This document shows positions 30,201 through 39,252 of a stretch of DNA of 56,189 nucleotides, one piece after another. Location of the stretch: assembly GCA_003697015.1 (NCBI GenBank), contig RFGL01000092.1, forward strand, positions 1 to 56,189, read 5' to 3'. The notes under the pieces are model-generated. The model saw nothing but the letters and a program-made list of their open reading frames with translations, was not told the origin of the DNA and did no database searches. The first letter of the stretch is position 1; each line of letters opens with the position of its first letter. The translations under genes and the position numbers were made by a program. This DNA is from Acidobacteriota bacterium. GTDB lineage: Bacteria > Acidobacteriota > Thermoanaerobaculia > Multivoradales > J023.

Positions 30201-31333
30201 GGGCGATCTTGATCCTGCTCCTCGCCGCCTGGGTCCGCTACTCCGCTCGACGGCTCTTCTTCGCCGCCGTCGAGGGGCAGGTGGAGCGCCTCGGGGTGGC
30301 GCAATTGGTGCGTGGCGAGCTGCCGGTCAACACCATCGCGCTCCTCGCATCCCCTCGTGACCGGCAGCTGCTGGTGGCGTCGAAGAACTACGACGTGGTC
30401 GACCTCGAGCGGCCCGTGGCCCGCGCCCAGTGGCTGGGCGGGCTCGACCACGAGGACCGCAAGCCGGTGGTCTGCGAGCATTTCGAAGACGGTCTGGCGG
30501 ACGCGGGGGTGCGGCGATTCAAGCTCGAGGTGCTGGAAAGCCTGGTCTACGCCGAGCATCGCCGGGTGCTGATCCTGTCCACCGTCGATCCCTATGAAGC
30601 GCTGCTGCGCTTCCACCACGGGGCCGGACCGGAAGCCGCCGGCGGCGCGGGGGACGACCTGGGCGACGACGAGGCCGGGCGCTGGAGTCGTCTTCTCAGT
30701 CACTTCGTGCTCAAGCCGGTGGGGCTCGACCGGCAATCCGCCGGCGCCGAGGAGGGCGATTCTCACGACGGTGAGACGTCCCTCAGCGTTCGGGTGGAGC
30801 GCGAGCTGGGGGCCACGGTCCACCTGCGGCGCTTGGTGCAGAGTGACCTGGCGAGCTTTGACAACCTGAGCCAGCGGGAGCTTCTGGAGCGGATCGTCGA
30901 CGCCGCGGAAGGCTACTACTGGGCGCTGTGGAACGCCTGTTCGGAGGACGAGAAACTGGTGCTGGTGCAGCTGGCGCAAGAGACCTTCGTCAATCCGAAG
31001 CAGCACAGCACCGTGCGGCGGTTGCTCCAGCGCGGTCTGATCGTGCGCGATCCGGTCCTGCGTTTGATGAACGATAGCTTCACACTCTTCGTCCATCGCA
31101 TCCAGCAGCCCAAGGAGGTAGCGCGCTGGGAACGCTCGCTGCGCGGTCTGGGCTGGAAGCAGCTGCGCCTCGCCTTCATCGCTCTGCTGGCGGTGGTGGC
31201 CCTCTTCCTTTTCTCCACCCAGCGCGGCTTGTTCGACGCCACCATCGGCTACGTCTCCGCCCTGGCGGTCGGCATCCCCGGCCTGATCCAGCTGCTGCGC
31301 ACGCTCTATGCCGCCGGCCGCACCGGCGGTTGA
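27263..31333 (+). CDS. Large multi-pass membrane protein with Cache-like extracytoplasmic domains and a C-terminal degenerate NTPase/winged-helix-like region
   Basis: GGGGAG RBS before ATG at 27263, many TM segments, HREYF, FAIVEPGGGVLFHSD, LPWSVVTF (Cache-like), C-terminal YYWALWNACSEDEK...LLQRGLI. Confidence 0.7.
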   Translation: MIKAPDDGDPAGSALAGRKEVSRRHGRSLAPLAWVMLLLVVPSLIYVFYVLDQIRALTEGNLRLLGRAATRLEAVLDNAATTVKNRALDLRFACDFVDRQPYLTLVEPGRCETLQRYGPAEVEIETRYDAGRGRLLLTAVPQGDAGWEGFSFAVELERILHEVPLADHFDLLLLADRRGDVVVQVAGDGAAGHGLRITRIDKLPMVRGGEEPLAFAAVQRASLERSVELFDRDHRLFCQPLAVRGGAAGAWALCGLVRSGDTFQQALVVSPILTLILILLLIFGLLTWPFIKLFSLDRRERFRFADGFLLLFCTFVLLLLLTLLTSEWDSGKRLHEATETSLEVLAAELEEDLLAELNRLYDQVVAFDRHLCAQRMELDVCGLKEDANLLDPKRPPAAFRLPRPAIEDFSSVFWMRPCDGLQIAKATVRSKNTPAVRLGHREYFRTLAEGRSWRVGSPPDEERRFFVQAFRSVTTGERGAALSIRSCLSDPGGVAELTKGEDCRLPPCRSAGVVVAAISAPLASVDRVLTGPDFGFAIVEPGGGVLFHSDRRRALDENLLLEVDDSKRLNAALSARIPRSLRMRYHGRPHLLHAAPLRDLPWSVVTFVDRELLRTTSIEALALSLVLAAAYLVPLLLGSIAFALIAGREASWLWPDPAKERLYRHLSWIFAQLLLAFTLALYALPAESALLAAFTMPLMAALIAWLRLMAWKLRHRRNATLWRALDLFSVPLLLLLLILGLVALKLANLSLSWRDPWLVGPFVGMLILTALYLLIHGWRDFSRPWRYRVNWLAWHCTAIVLFWLLLAVWPAVGFFKIAFVSQQRVLVKHENLHRAEGVRQLACALEDELRDVAMPDRDASLNRRLAAARHRHRPHMLAALHPGGDPPEVSDVGSWFDRGLRDLLARYQPLYNRTTESQRYLLGTRAADGAWEWRGGLEGGGDGAMRFHARAGPCQRRDLSLVSVLPVPGHRLTWRLAAGGAILILLLAAWVRYSARRLFFAAVEGQVERLGVAQLVRGELPVNTIALLASPRDRQLLVASKNYDVVDLERPVARAQWLGGLDHEDRKPVVCEHFEDGLADAGVRRFKLEVLESLVYAEHRRVLILSTVDPYEALLRFHHGAGPEAAGGAGDDLGDDEAGRWSRLLSHFVLKPVGLDRQSAGAEEGDSHDGETSLSVRVERELGATVHLRRLVQSDLASFDNLSQRELLERIVDAAEGYYWALWNACSEDEKLVLVQLAQETFVNPKQHSTVRRLLQRGLIVRDPVLRLMNDSFTLFVHRIQQPKEVARWERSLRGLGWKQLRLAFIALLAVVALFLFSTQRGLFDATIGYVSALAVGIPGLIQLLRTLYAAGRTGG

Positions 31334-31356
31334 CGACGGCGTTGTAAGCTGCCGGC

Positions 31357-32310
31357 ATGCGCGCGCTCTACCTCGGGCCGGAAGGGTTGGTGGTCCGCCG
31401 GGATCATCCGCGTCCCGCGCCTCGGGAGGGCGAGGCCTTGATCCGTTTGCTGCGGGCGGGGATCTGTTCGACCGACCTGGAGCTGGTCAAGGGCTATGCC
31501 GGCTTTCACGGGGTCTTGGGGCACGAATTCGTCGGGGTGGTGGAAGAACCAACCGGGGGCGACTGGGCCGGCAAGCGGGTGGTGGGGACCATCAACCTCG
31601 GCTGCCGGCGCTGCCCCACCTGCATCGGCGACGGGCCGGAGCACTGTCCCGAGCGTACGGTGCTGGGCATCGCCGGCCACGACGGTGCGTTCGCCGACTA
31701 CCTCACCCTGCCCGTGGCCAATCTCCTGGTCGTGCCGGACGAGGTCGACGACGACGTCGCCGTCTTCACCGAGCCGCTGGCCGCGGCGCTGCGCATCCGC
31801 GACCAGGTGGCGGTCGAGCCTTCGGCGCGGCTGGCGGTGGTGGGGCCGGGGCGACTGGGGCTGCTGATCGCCCAGGTCCTGGCCTTGACCGGCAGTCGGC
31901 TGGTAGTCCTCGGCCGCCGCGCCGCCTCCCTCGAGCTGCCGCGGCAGCTGGGATTGCAGGTCGGCCTGAGCACCGAGGCTCCGGCCGACGCCTTCGATCT
32001 GGTGGTCGAGGCGACCGGCAACGAGGCCGGCCTCGCCGAGTCCCTGCGCCTGGTGCGGCCGTGCGGCACCCTGATCCTGAAGAGCACCTTCCACGGCGCG
32101 GCGACCGTCGACCTGACCAAGCTGGTGGTCGGCGAGGTGCGGATCGTCGGCTCGCGCTGCGGTCCATTCGCTCCCGCCCTGCGCCTGCTGGCGTCAGGGT
32201 CCGTCGCCGTGCGGCCGCTGATCGACGGTCGCTATCCCTTGGAGCGCGGGCTCGAGGCCATGGCCCACGCCGCCCGCCCCGGGGTGCGTAAGATCCTGCT
32301 CGACCCCTGA
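31357..32310 (+). CDS. Zinc-binding medium-chain alcohol dehydrogenase family protein
   Basis: GICSTD, GHEFVG, CRRCPTC...C, EPLAAA, GPGRLG. Confidence 0.92.
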   Translation: MRALYLGPEGLVVRRDHPRPAPREGEALIRLLRAGICSTDLELVKGYAGFHGVLGHEFVGVVEEPTGGDWAGKRVVGTINLGCRRCPTCIGDGPEHCPERTVLGIAGHDGAFADYLTLPVANLLVVPDEVDDDVAVFTEPLAAALRIRDQVAVEPSARLAVVGPGRLGLLIAQVLALTGSRLVVLGRRAASLELPRQLGLQVGLSTEAPADAFDLVVEATGNEAGLAESLRLVRPCGTLILKSTFHGAATVDLTKLVVGEVRIVGSRCGPFAPALRLLASGSVAVRPLIDGRYPLERGLEAMAHAARPGVRKILLDP

Positions 32311-32320
32311 GAGGGGGCCC

Positions 32321-32530
32321 GAAAAAAAGGGTGGCACCTGCTCGGTCGCTGAAAAAAGGGTGGCACCTGTCCACCGCGCGGTCCGCGGTCGGCGGCGGAC
32401 CAGCAGCGGCTGGCCGAAAAAAGGGTGGCACCTGGATCGGTCGCCGGCCAGTCGCCGAAAAAAGGGTGGCACCTGGATCGGTCGCCGGCCAGTCGCCGAA
32501 AAAAAGGGTGGCACCTGGATCAGGTACCTG
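32321..32530 (+). repeat. Array of five GAAAAAA(A)GGGTGGCACCTG repeats with 10/46/22/22-nt spacers
   Basis: Copies at 32321, 32351, 32416, 32457 and 32498, then an ACCTGGATCAG stutter. Lies between convergent genes. Confidence 0.92.
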
Positions 32531-32532
32531 GA

Positions 32533-34080
32533 TCAGTCGCTGGCCAGCAGGGTGGTGCCGAGCTCGGCGCGCGGTCCGGGGTCGGCGGACCAGCAGCGGC
32601 AGGTCTCGCTTCGATCACAGGGCTGGGCCGGCGGCAGCGCGAAATGCGCGGCTCTGAGATCGTCGAGCGTGAGCCCACCGGGATCGCTTTTGACGACCAA
32701 GGGTGCTTCGCTGATCAGCTCGCTGCTTCGGGTGTCGAGCCAGACGCGCGTCAGGCTCCGCCCGGCGGCGGCAAGGTCGAGGCAGAAGGCGGCCGGCTCG
32801 CCTTCTTCATCCAGCTGCCACACAAGGTGCAGGCTGGCTTTGAGCTTGGTGTCGTCGACGCCGAGCTGCTCGGCGAGCTCCTGTTTGGCCCGCTTGAGAG
32901 CGCTTCGCACGAAGCTCTTGCTGGCACCATCGAGGATGCCGAGATCGATTCCCGGCTGGCAGAGCGGCAGCTCGGCCCAGTCGACGACCAGCTCGCTGCG
33001 CCAGCGCAGCAGCCGATTGCGCATGTCGATCTCGAAGAGGGTGGGCAGCGCCGGGCAGACGAGCGGCAGGCCGGTGGGGATTTTCAATCCTTTGGGGATC
33101 TCGATCGAAAGGTAGTCGCCGCCGGCGTAGGTGAGACTCACCGCTCCGACCGCGTCGCCGAATACCTTGGCCTGCCCGTCGATGCTGAGACCGGCGCCCT
33201 CATTGCTCAGACGGATGGCCGTTTTCGCTTCAAGCTGGAAGACGTCCAATCGGCTCTGATCGGGGAAGAGGGGTTTCAGCACCTCGGCCCTCGGCACGCT
33301 GAAGTGAAAATCGAATGGGAAAGCCGGCGTCAATCGATCGCTCGTAGCCGACGAGAACGCGTCTTCGTCCAGATCGACGAGCATCTCGCAATCCGGGTCT
33401 TCGGGCGCCACTTCGTCACCGCAGGCGGAAAAGGGCGACGCCACGACGAGCTTGGGTTGGTCGATCCGTAGCCCCAGGGCATCGACTTCCGCCTTTCCGC
33501 GCAGTCGCACCCAGCCCGTACATTCTTCGTCGTCCGTGCGGCAGGCGGGATCGATGGTGATGGCGCCGCTGCTTTGACCGGAAAGCGCCTGCCCCGTCGC
33601 CGCCAGAACGATGCGTTCGTCCGCTTCCTTGCCCGCGGCCCGCCACACGATTCTCCGGCCACCCTTTCCGGCACGGACCTCGAGGCCGATGCAGTCGCCC
33701 GCCATCTCGTTGTTGTCGAGGTCGCAATCGTCCAGCTCGACGTTGCCCTCAGTGCCGCGCAGGCGATAAGAGAAGCGATCGTTAGTCTTCGCCAAGGAGG
33801 TCGCCGAGATCGTCCACCCCCTATCTTCCACGCGCTCGATCTTCCGCAATGCTTGACGGGCGAGATCGATCTTGTGTTTCAGCGAGTCTGATCGTTCGAA
33901 GGCGAGCCGCGCCTCCTCCTCCAGATAGGGTTGCAGTTGGCGGATCGGTGCCCGGCGGGAGTAGTCGTAGGCTACGGCCGCGGCGAGCACCAGGAGCACG
34001 CCTCCGACCGCCGCCAGAAGCATCCGGCGGGTACGACTCCGCTCATCGGCCGGAACTGACGGATGATTCTTGCTGCGCAT
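32533..34080 (-). CDS. Hypothetical membrane-anchored Cys-rich protein
   Basis: Long ORF, N-terminal TM helix (MLLAAVGGVLLVLAAAVAY), multiple Cys, lower GC. Start 34080 or 34131. Confidence 0.6.
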   Translation of the reverse strand: MRSKNHPSVPADERSRTRRMLLAAVGGVLLVLAAAVAYDYSRRAPIRQLQPYLEEEARLAFERSDSLKHKIDLARQALRKIERVEDRGWTISATSLAKTNDRFSYRLRGTEGNVELDDCDLDNNEMAGDCIGLEVRAGKGGRRIVWRAAGKEADERIVLAATGQALSGQSSGAITIDPACRTDDEECTGWVRLRGKAEVDALGLRIDQPKLVVASPFSACGDEVAPEDPDCEMLVDLDEDAFSSATSDRLTPAFPFDFHFSVPRAEVLKPLFPDQSRLDVFQLEAKTAIRLSNEGAGLSIDGQAKVFGDAVGAVSLTYAGGDYLSIEIPKGLKIPTGLPLVCPALPTLFEIDMRNRLLRWRSELVVDWAELPLCQPGIDLGILDGASKSFVRSALKRAKQELAEQLGVDDTKLKASLHLVWQLDEEGEPAAFCLDLAAAGRSLTRVWLDTRSSELISEAPLVVKSDPGGLTLDDLRAAHFALPPAQPCDRSETCRCWSADPGPRAELGTTLLASD

Positions 34081-34260
34081 GATAAGCTCCAGTTCAGTTT
34101 CTTGTTCATGTTCTTGGTTGGCGATCGGCAATGAAAATTCTTGTCTCGCCGGATGACGCCATCTTTCACCGGGGACGGCTCGATCGCGGCCAAGCCTCCG
34201 GCCACGTCGCTCTCGTCGCTCACGTCGTGTGTGATCCTTGATATGCTAGCATCGGTCCAG

Positions 34261-34303
34261 CCATCGATCAACGGCCATCGATCAACGGCCATCGAGCCAT
34301 CGA
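34261..34303. repeat. Tandem CCATCGATCAACGG x2 plus two CCATCGA partials upstream of the ECF gene
   Basis: Read directly in the divergent intergenic region. Confidence 0.7.
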
Positions 34304-34325
34304 CCTCGTCGCTGCAGGACCCCTC

Positions 34326-35138
34326 GTGAGCCAAGCCGCCTCCGACCTCGCCCGCGAGCCGCGTGAGGTGGCGTTGCCGCGGTTGCTGGAGGCCGAGGGC
34401 GGGCGGCTCTACGGTCTCGCCCGTCGGCTCTGCGGCGACCCGGAGGACGCAGCCGACCTGGTGCAGGAGATCTTCCTCATCGCCTGGCGCAAGTGGCACC
34501 AGTTTCAGGGCGCTGCCAAGCCGACCACCTGGCTCTACACCATCGCCTCCCGCGCCTGCCTGCGGCGCAAGCGACGGCGGGCCGGCGAGCCGCGCACCAT
34601 CGCTTCTTTGGATGCCCTGCTGCCGTCCGGCGAGCCCCAGGTGCCGGATCTGCCGTCGCCGGCGGAGAGCCCCCTCCACGACAGCCTGCGGCGCGAGGCG
34701 CGGGCGGCGGTGGAGCGGGCGATCGCCACCCTGCCGGTCCACTTCCGCCTGCCCCTGGTGCTGAAGGAGATCGTCGAGTTGCCGATCGCCGAGGTGGCGG
34801 CGATCCTCGGGCTCAAGCCGGCGACGGTCAAGACCAGGGTCCACCGCGGCCGCCTGTTGCTGCGCAAGGCCCTCGCCGAAACCCTCCCCAACGTCGACGC
34901 CCCGCCGCCCGACCATCCCCGCCGGATGTGCCTCGACCTGCTGCATGCGAAGCAGGAAGCCCTCGACCGCGGCGTGCCCTTCAACGTCCCGGAGAGCGAG
35001 CTCTGCCGCCGCTGCCAGGCCCTCTTCGCCACCCTCGACCTGAGCCGTGAGATCTGCCACGACCTCGGCCGCGGCGAGCTGCCGCCGGTCCTCCGTCGGG
35101 AGCTTCTCGCCGCCTTCGGCGCGCGACGCGAAGACTGA
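34326..35138 (+). CDS. ECF sigma factor with Cys/His-containing C-terminal extension
   Basis: DAADLVQEIF, TWLYTIA (region 2); EVAAILGLKPATVKTRVHRGR (region 4); extension CLDLLH...CRRC...CHD. Confidence 0.88.
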   Translation: MSQAASDLAREPREVALPRLLEAEGGRLYGLARRLCGDPEDAADLVQEIFLIAWRKWHQFQGAAKPTTWLYTIASRACLRRKRRRAGEPRTIASLDALLPSGEPQVPDLPSPAESPLHDSLRREARAAVERAIATLPVHFRLPLVLKEIVELPIAEVAAILGLKPATVKTRVHRGRLLLRKALAETLPNVDAPPPDHPRRMCLDLLHAKQEALDRGVPFNVPESELCRRCQALFATLDLSREICHDLGRGELPPVLRRELLAAFGARRED

Positions 35139-35324
35139 CGCGGGCGAAAAACCTGTCCGCGAATCGGCGTCGGCGGCAGCGTCTCCACCGAAGGGGTGTA
35201 GTGTCCCGTCGCTCGCCTGAGGGAGCGCCCCCGGCGGCATCGCATCGCATGCGGGGGGCCCGAACGAGCCGCTGGCGGTCCAGCTCAGCGCCGGAACCGT
35301 CCGGTATGATGAGCGTCAGGTACC

Positions 35325-35957
35325 ATGTTGAGCCCATCCCAAGGCCGCCCGTCCGGCGCTGATGCCGTGGAGGAGGAGCCTGCGCTGCTCGCCGAGACCG
35401 GCACGCGCCAGCTGCTGGCCCAGGCCAGGAAGGGTGACGAGCAAGCCCTCGATCGCCTCTTCCGTCGTTATCTCCTCCCCCTCCAGCGCTGGTCGCGCGG
35501 CCGCCTGCCCGGCTGGGCGCGGGATCTCCTCGACACCGACGACCTGGTGCAGGAGACCCTGTTGCGCACGGTGCGCGGCGTCGGCGGGTTCGACCCCCGT
35601 CATTCCGGCGCTTTTCAGGCCTACCTGCGCCGAGCCATCGAGCACCGCATCTGCGACGAGGTACGCCGCGTCGCCCGCCGTCCGGCCGCCGGCGGCACCC
35701 TGTCGCGCGCCGCCGACCCGCGACCGACCCCCTTGGACGAAGCGATCGGCTCCCAGGTCCGGGAGCGCTACGAGGCGGCGCTCGCCACCTTGAAGCCCAA
35801 GGTGCGCGAGGCGGTGCTGGCCCGCCTCGAGCTCGGTTTCAGCTACGCCCAGGTGGCCGAGGCGGCGGGCTACCCTTCCCCCGACGCCGCCCGCATGGCG
35901 GTGAGTCGCGCTCTCCTACGCCTGGCCTCGGTGATGGCGGACGAGGGGCGGGGATGA
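35325..35957 (+). CDS. ECF sigma factor, kinase-associated type
   Basis: DTDDLVQET, FQAYLR, SYAQVAEAAGYPSPDAARMAVSRA. ATGA overlap with the kinase gene. Start uncertain. Confidence 0.88.
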   Translation: MLSPSQGRPSGADAVEEEPALLAETGTRQLLAQARKGDEQALDRLFRRYLLPLQRWSRGRLPGWARDLLDTDDLVQETLLRTVRGVGGFDPRHSGAFQAYLRRAIEHRICDEVRRVARRPAAGGTLSRAADPRPTPLDEAIGSQVRERYEAALATLKPKVREAVLARLELGFSYAQVAEAAGYPSPDAARMAVSRALLRLASVMADEGRG

Positions 35958-38698
35958 GCCGTCGGGACCAGCGCCGTTTGATGGAGGTCGCCTCGGCGGT
36001 GGCGGACGGCACCACCGTCGACTGGCAGGATGCCGCCGACGCCGTCCGCGACGGGCACCAGCGCGCCACCCTCGAGGCGCTCCGGCAGCTGGCCCGGATC
36101 CGCGACCTCCACCGCACCCTGCAGGGGGAGCCTTCCGCGCCGGAGGCCGGCGACGCCGCCCCTTCCCACCCCAGCGCCCGCCGCCCGGTTCCCGAGCGCT
36201 GGGGTGGCTTCGAGATCCTCGACCAGATCGGCGAAGGCTCCTTCAGCGAGGTCTTCCGTGCCCGCGACCGGGCCCTCGACCGCGAGGTCGCCCTGAAGCT
36301 CTTCCGCGCCGACGTCCCCGGCGCCCGCTTCCGCTCCCTGTCGGTGATTCAGGAAGGCCGCCTCCTCGCCCGCGTCAAGCACCCCAACGTGGTCACCATC
36401 TACGGCATCGACCGGGTCGACGGCCGCATCGGCCTGTGGATGGAGCTCGTCCGCGGCAAGACCCTGGCCCAGCTGGTGCAGGAGCAGGGCCCGTTCGGTG
36501 CTGCCGAAGCCGCCGTGATCGGCATCGATCTGTGCAGAGCCTTGGCCGCCGTCCACGCCCAAGGCATCGTCCACCGCGACGTCAAGGCGCAGAACGTGAT
36601 GCGCGAAGAAGGCGGCCGCATCGTCCTGATGGACTTCGGCATCGGCATCGAAGCCGCCACCCAGCCGCGAAGCTCGAGCTCGATCTCCGGCACGCCCCTC
36701 TACCTGGCGCCGGAGGTCTTGTTCGGCGGCGAAGCGACCCGCCGATCGGACCTCTACAGCTTGGGGGTGCTGCTCTTCTATCTGGTATCGGCGACCTATC
36801 CCGTCCGAGCCGCTACGTGGGCGAGCCTCGTCGCCCGACACCGCGAGGGTGCGTACTCGTCGCTGCGCGGCGTACGACCGATCCTGCCGGAAGGTTTCGT
36901 CGCCTGCGTTGAACGCGCCCTCGCCGCCGCGCCGAGGGACCGGGTGCGGTCGGCCCCGGCTCTGGAGCGTTGTCTGGTCGAATCGTCGCGGGGCGGACGC
37001 AGGAAGGACGCTGCGGGGACCGCGGCAGCCGTCCTCCTCGCCGCCGCGGCGGTCATCGCCGTGGTGCTCTTCTTCTTCCAGCCCTCGCCGGAGAGGAGCC
37101 CGGCCGAGGGGAAGAGGCCCCCGGCCGTGGCTGCGGACCCGGCGATCGACCAGAGCATCGCCCTCGCCGTGCCGCCGTTTCAGCTCGCCAGCGGCGGTTC
37201 CGGCGGCGACCGCGCCGCCAGGCGGATCGAGACCACGGCGCTCCAAGTGCTGAGCGAGTCGCCGTTCTTGGAGATCCTCAAGGAAGAGTCCCCCGGCAGC
37301 GTCTCGAGGGCGGAACTGCGGTTGATCGTCACCGGCTCGCTGGATCGAGGCGCCGAGCTCGACGCTCAGCTCCTGGCGCTCGACGGCAACCGACTCCTGC
37401 ACGCGAGCACCTTGAGCATCGCCGACACGGTTCCCCTGGACTCGTCGATCCGCGACTTCATCTTGCCCTTCCGCCTGGCGATCGAAATCCGCGCCGCCGG
37501 CTTGGAGTCCGAGGAACGGACCATCCACAGCCTCAAGACCGGTTCCGCCGTGGCCTATCTCCTGTACAAGCAGGCGCAGCACTACAACGACGCCTATCAA
37601 TACGAGGAGGCGGTCGAAGCGCTCCTGCGGGCCACCGAGCTCGACGCCTGCTTCGCCCATGCCTTCAGCCTCCTGGCCAATTCCTTCCACGTCCTCGGCC
37701 ATCGCGACGAAGCTCTGCGGGCGATCAACCGGGCGGTCGAATGTGCGAGCCCGCTCACCGAGATCGAGCAGCTGGAGCTCAGGCGGCGGCGGGCCCAGCT
37801 CGAGTGGAATACCGCGGAAGAAGAGGCCCTGCTGCAGAAGATGCTGGCCTTGAGCCCCCTGTCCGCCGAGGCCCACGCCCGCCTCGGTTGGTTCTATCTG
37901 ACCCACCGTCGATCCTGCCCCGAGACCCTGGCCGAGCTGGAACGGGCGGTGGAGCTCGATCCCTCTCGCTGGCGCCTTCTCGGCCTGCTGGTGGAGGGGT
38001 ACCTCGCCTGCCGTGCGCCGGCTGAGGCCTTCGCCATTCTCGACGACAACGAAGCGCTCTATCGAGGAAGACCGCACTATCACTTCAGCCGCGGGCAGGC
38101 CTATCTCGTCACCGGCGCCGCCGAAGACGCCATCGCGGCCTTCCGGCGCGCCGTCGAGCTGGATCCCTCCTATCCTCCGGCTCTCCTCGGACTGGGGGAC
38201 GCCCACGCCTTCCGCGCCCTGGCGAGCGGCGGCGATCCGGCGCGTTCGACGGACCTGCGGCGTGCGCTCGAGGTCTACGCCGAGGTCGGGCAGGGGGCCT
38301 ATGGCATCGACGACAAGAAGGAAGCCTTCTGGCGCAGCGCCAGGGCGTGGGTGCTCCTCGGCGAGCCGGAGAACGCCGAAGACTTCGCCCGCCGGGCCCT
38401 CGACGTCGACCCGCAGATGCTTCGCGCCCACTGGGCCCTCGGCGCCGCGGCGCTCCTGCGCTCCGACGCCGCCGCAGCGGCGCGACGGGCGGCGGCGGCC
38501 GAAGAGATCGCGAGCCGCCGCCGGAGTCTCTACGAGGGCGAATGGCCGCGCCTGCTGCGCGCGTCGATCCTCGCCCGGCAGGGCCGGCCGGAGGAGGCGA
38601 GGCGGCTGCTGGCCGAAACCCTTCCCTGGGCGTCCCTGGAGACGCCTTTCGTCACCTATTCGATGGAGCGTCTGGGCACCAATCGAGACGAGTTTTGA
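35954..38698 (+). CDS. Membrane Ser/Thr protein kinase with C-terminal TPRs
   Basis: GEGSFSEVF, HRDVKAQN, DFG, GTPLYLAPE, one TM helix (VLLAAAAVIAVVLFFF), TPR-like helices. Confidence 0.9.
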   Translation: MSRRDQRRLMEVASAVADGTTVDWQDAADAVRDGHQRATLEALRQLARIRDLHRTLQGEPSAPEAGDAAPSHPSARRPVPERWGGFEILDQIGEGSFSEVFRARDRALDREVALKLFRADVPGARFRSLSVIQEGRLLARVKHPNVVTIYGIDRVDGRIGLWMELVRGKTLAQLVQEQGPFGAAEAAVIGIDLCRALAAVHAQGIVHRDVKAQNVMREEGGRIVLMDFGIGIEAATQPRSSSSISGTPLYLAPEVLFGGEATRRSDLYSLGVLLFYLVSATYPVRAATWASLVARHREGAYSSLRGVRPILPEGFVACVERALAAAPRDRVRSAPALERCLVESSRGGRRKDAAGTAAAVLLAAAAVIAVVLFFFQPSPERSPAEGKRPPAVAADPAIDQSIALAVPPFQLASGGSGGDRAARRIETTALQVLSESPFLEILKEESPGSVSRAELRLIVTGSLDRGAELDAQLLALDGNRLLHASTLSIADTVPLDSSIRDFILPFRLAIEIRAAGLESEERTIHSLKTGSAVAYLLYKQAQHYNDAYQYEEAVEALLRATELDACFAHAFSLLANSFHVLGHRDEALRAINRAVECASPLTEIEQLELRRRRAQLEWNTAEEEALLQKMLALSPLSAEAHARLGWFYLTHRRSCPETLAELERAVELDPSRWRLLGLLVEGYLACRAPAEAFAILDDNEALYRGRPHYHFSRGQAYLVTGAAEDAIAAFRRAVELDPSYPPALLGLGDAHAFRALASGGDPARSTDLRRALEVYAEVGQGAYGIDDKKEAFWRSARAWVLLGEPENAEDFARRALDVDPQMLRAHWALGAAALLRSDAAAAARRAAAAEEIASRRRSLYEGEWPRLLRASILARQGRPEEARRLLAETLPWASLETPFVTYSMERLGTNRDEF

Positions 38699-38717
38699 GC
38701 TCAGCAAGGAGATGATC

Positions 38718-39251
38718 ATGATGAATGACCTGCAGGTAACCAACGCGCTGCTCGCGCTGATCGTCCTCGTTCTGATCTTTCTGGCGGTCCTATTCGTACA
38801 CGGCTACGGGAGAATCAAGGCCCGCATCGCCAGCGTCGAAGGCTACGTTGGCAAGGTTCGTGAGCACTTCGAGCAGATCTCTACGGGCGTGAAGATCAAG
38901 GAGGAACGCTCGGTCGATCTCGGCGTGCGTGCGGTCTACAGGCAATGGCAGAAGAGCCGCTACCTCAGCCAGAAGTACGCTGCCTATGGCGAGGGGGAGG
39001 TCGAGGTTCTGAATGAGCTGGCCCCCTGGATGCCACCAGACGGCGCGGCCGCCGCTTCTCATGAGAAAGGCACCGGGGCGTCATCAAGCGGCTACAAGGT
39101 CGATCCCCCCGATCCGGCGATGTTCCGGTCACTCCCGGAGCAGCTGTACTACCTCGCCTGCGGCTCGAAGACCCAGGCCATCCTGCTGGACACGATCCTC
39201 AAGAAGATCGACGAGAGCAACTCGATCCTCACCGGGATCAAGGGGAAGTAG
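38718..39251 (+). CDS. Hypothetical single-pass membrane protein
   Basis: AAGGAG RBS before ATG at 38718; TM segment ALLALIVLVLIFLAVLFV. Confidence 0.65.
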   Translation: MMNDLQVTNALLALIVLVLIFLAVLFVHGYGRIKARIASVEGYVGKVREHFEQISTGVKIKEERSVDLGVRAVYRQWQKSRYLSQKYAAYGEGEVEVLNELAPWMPPDGAAAASHEKGTGASSSGYKVDPPDPAMFRSLPEQLYYLACGSKTQAILLDTILKKIDESNSILTGIKGK

Positions 39252-39252
39252 G

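Noticed and set aside
32321-32517. CRISPR array
   Set aside because: Repeats are only 19-20 bp and non-palindromic, spacers are irregular (10-46 nt) with two identical, and there are no cas genes in the window. Reported instead as a transposase-associated array.
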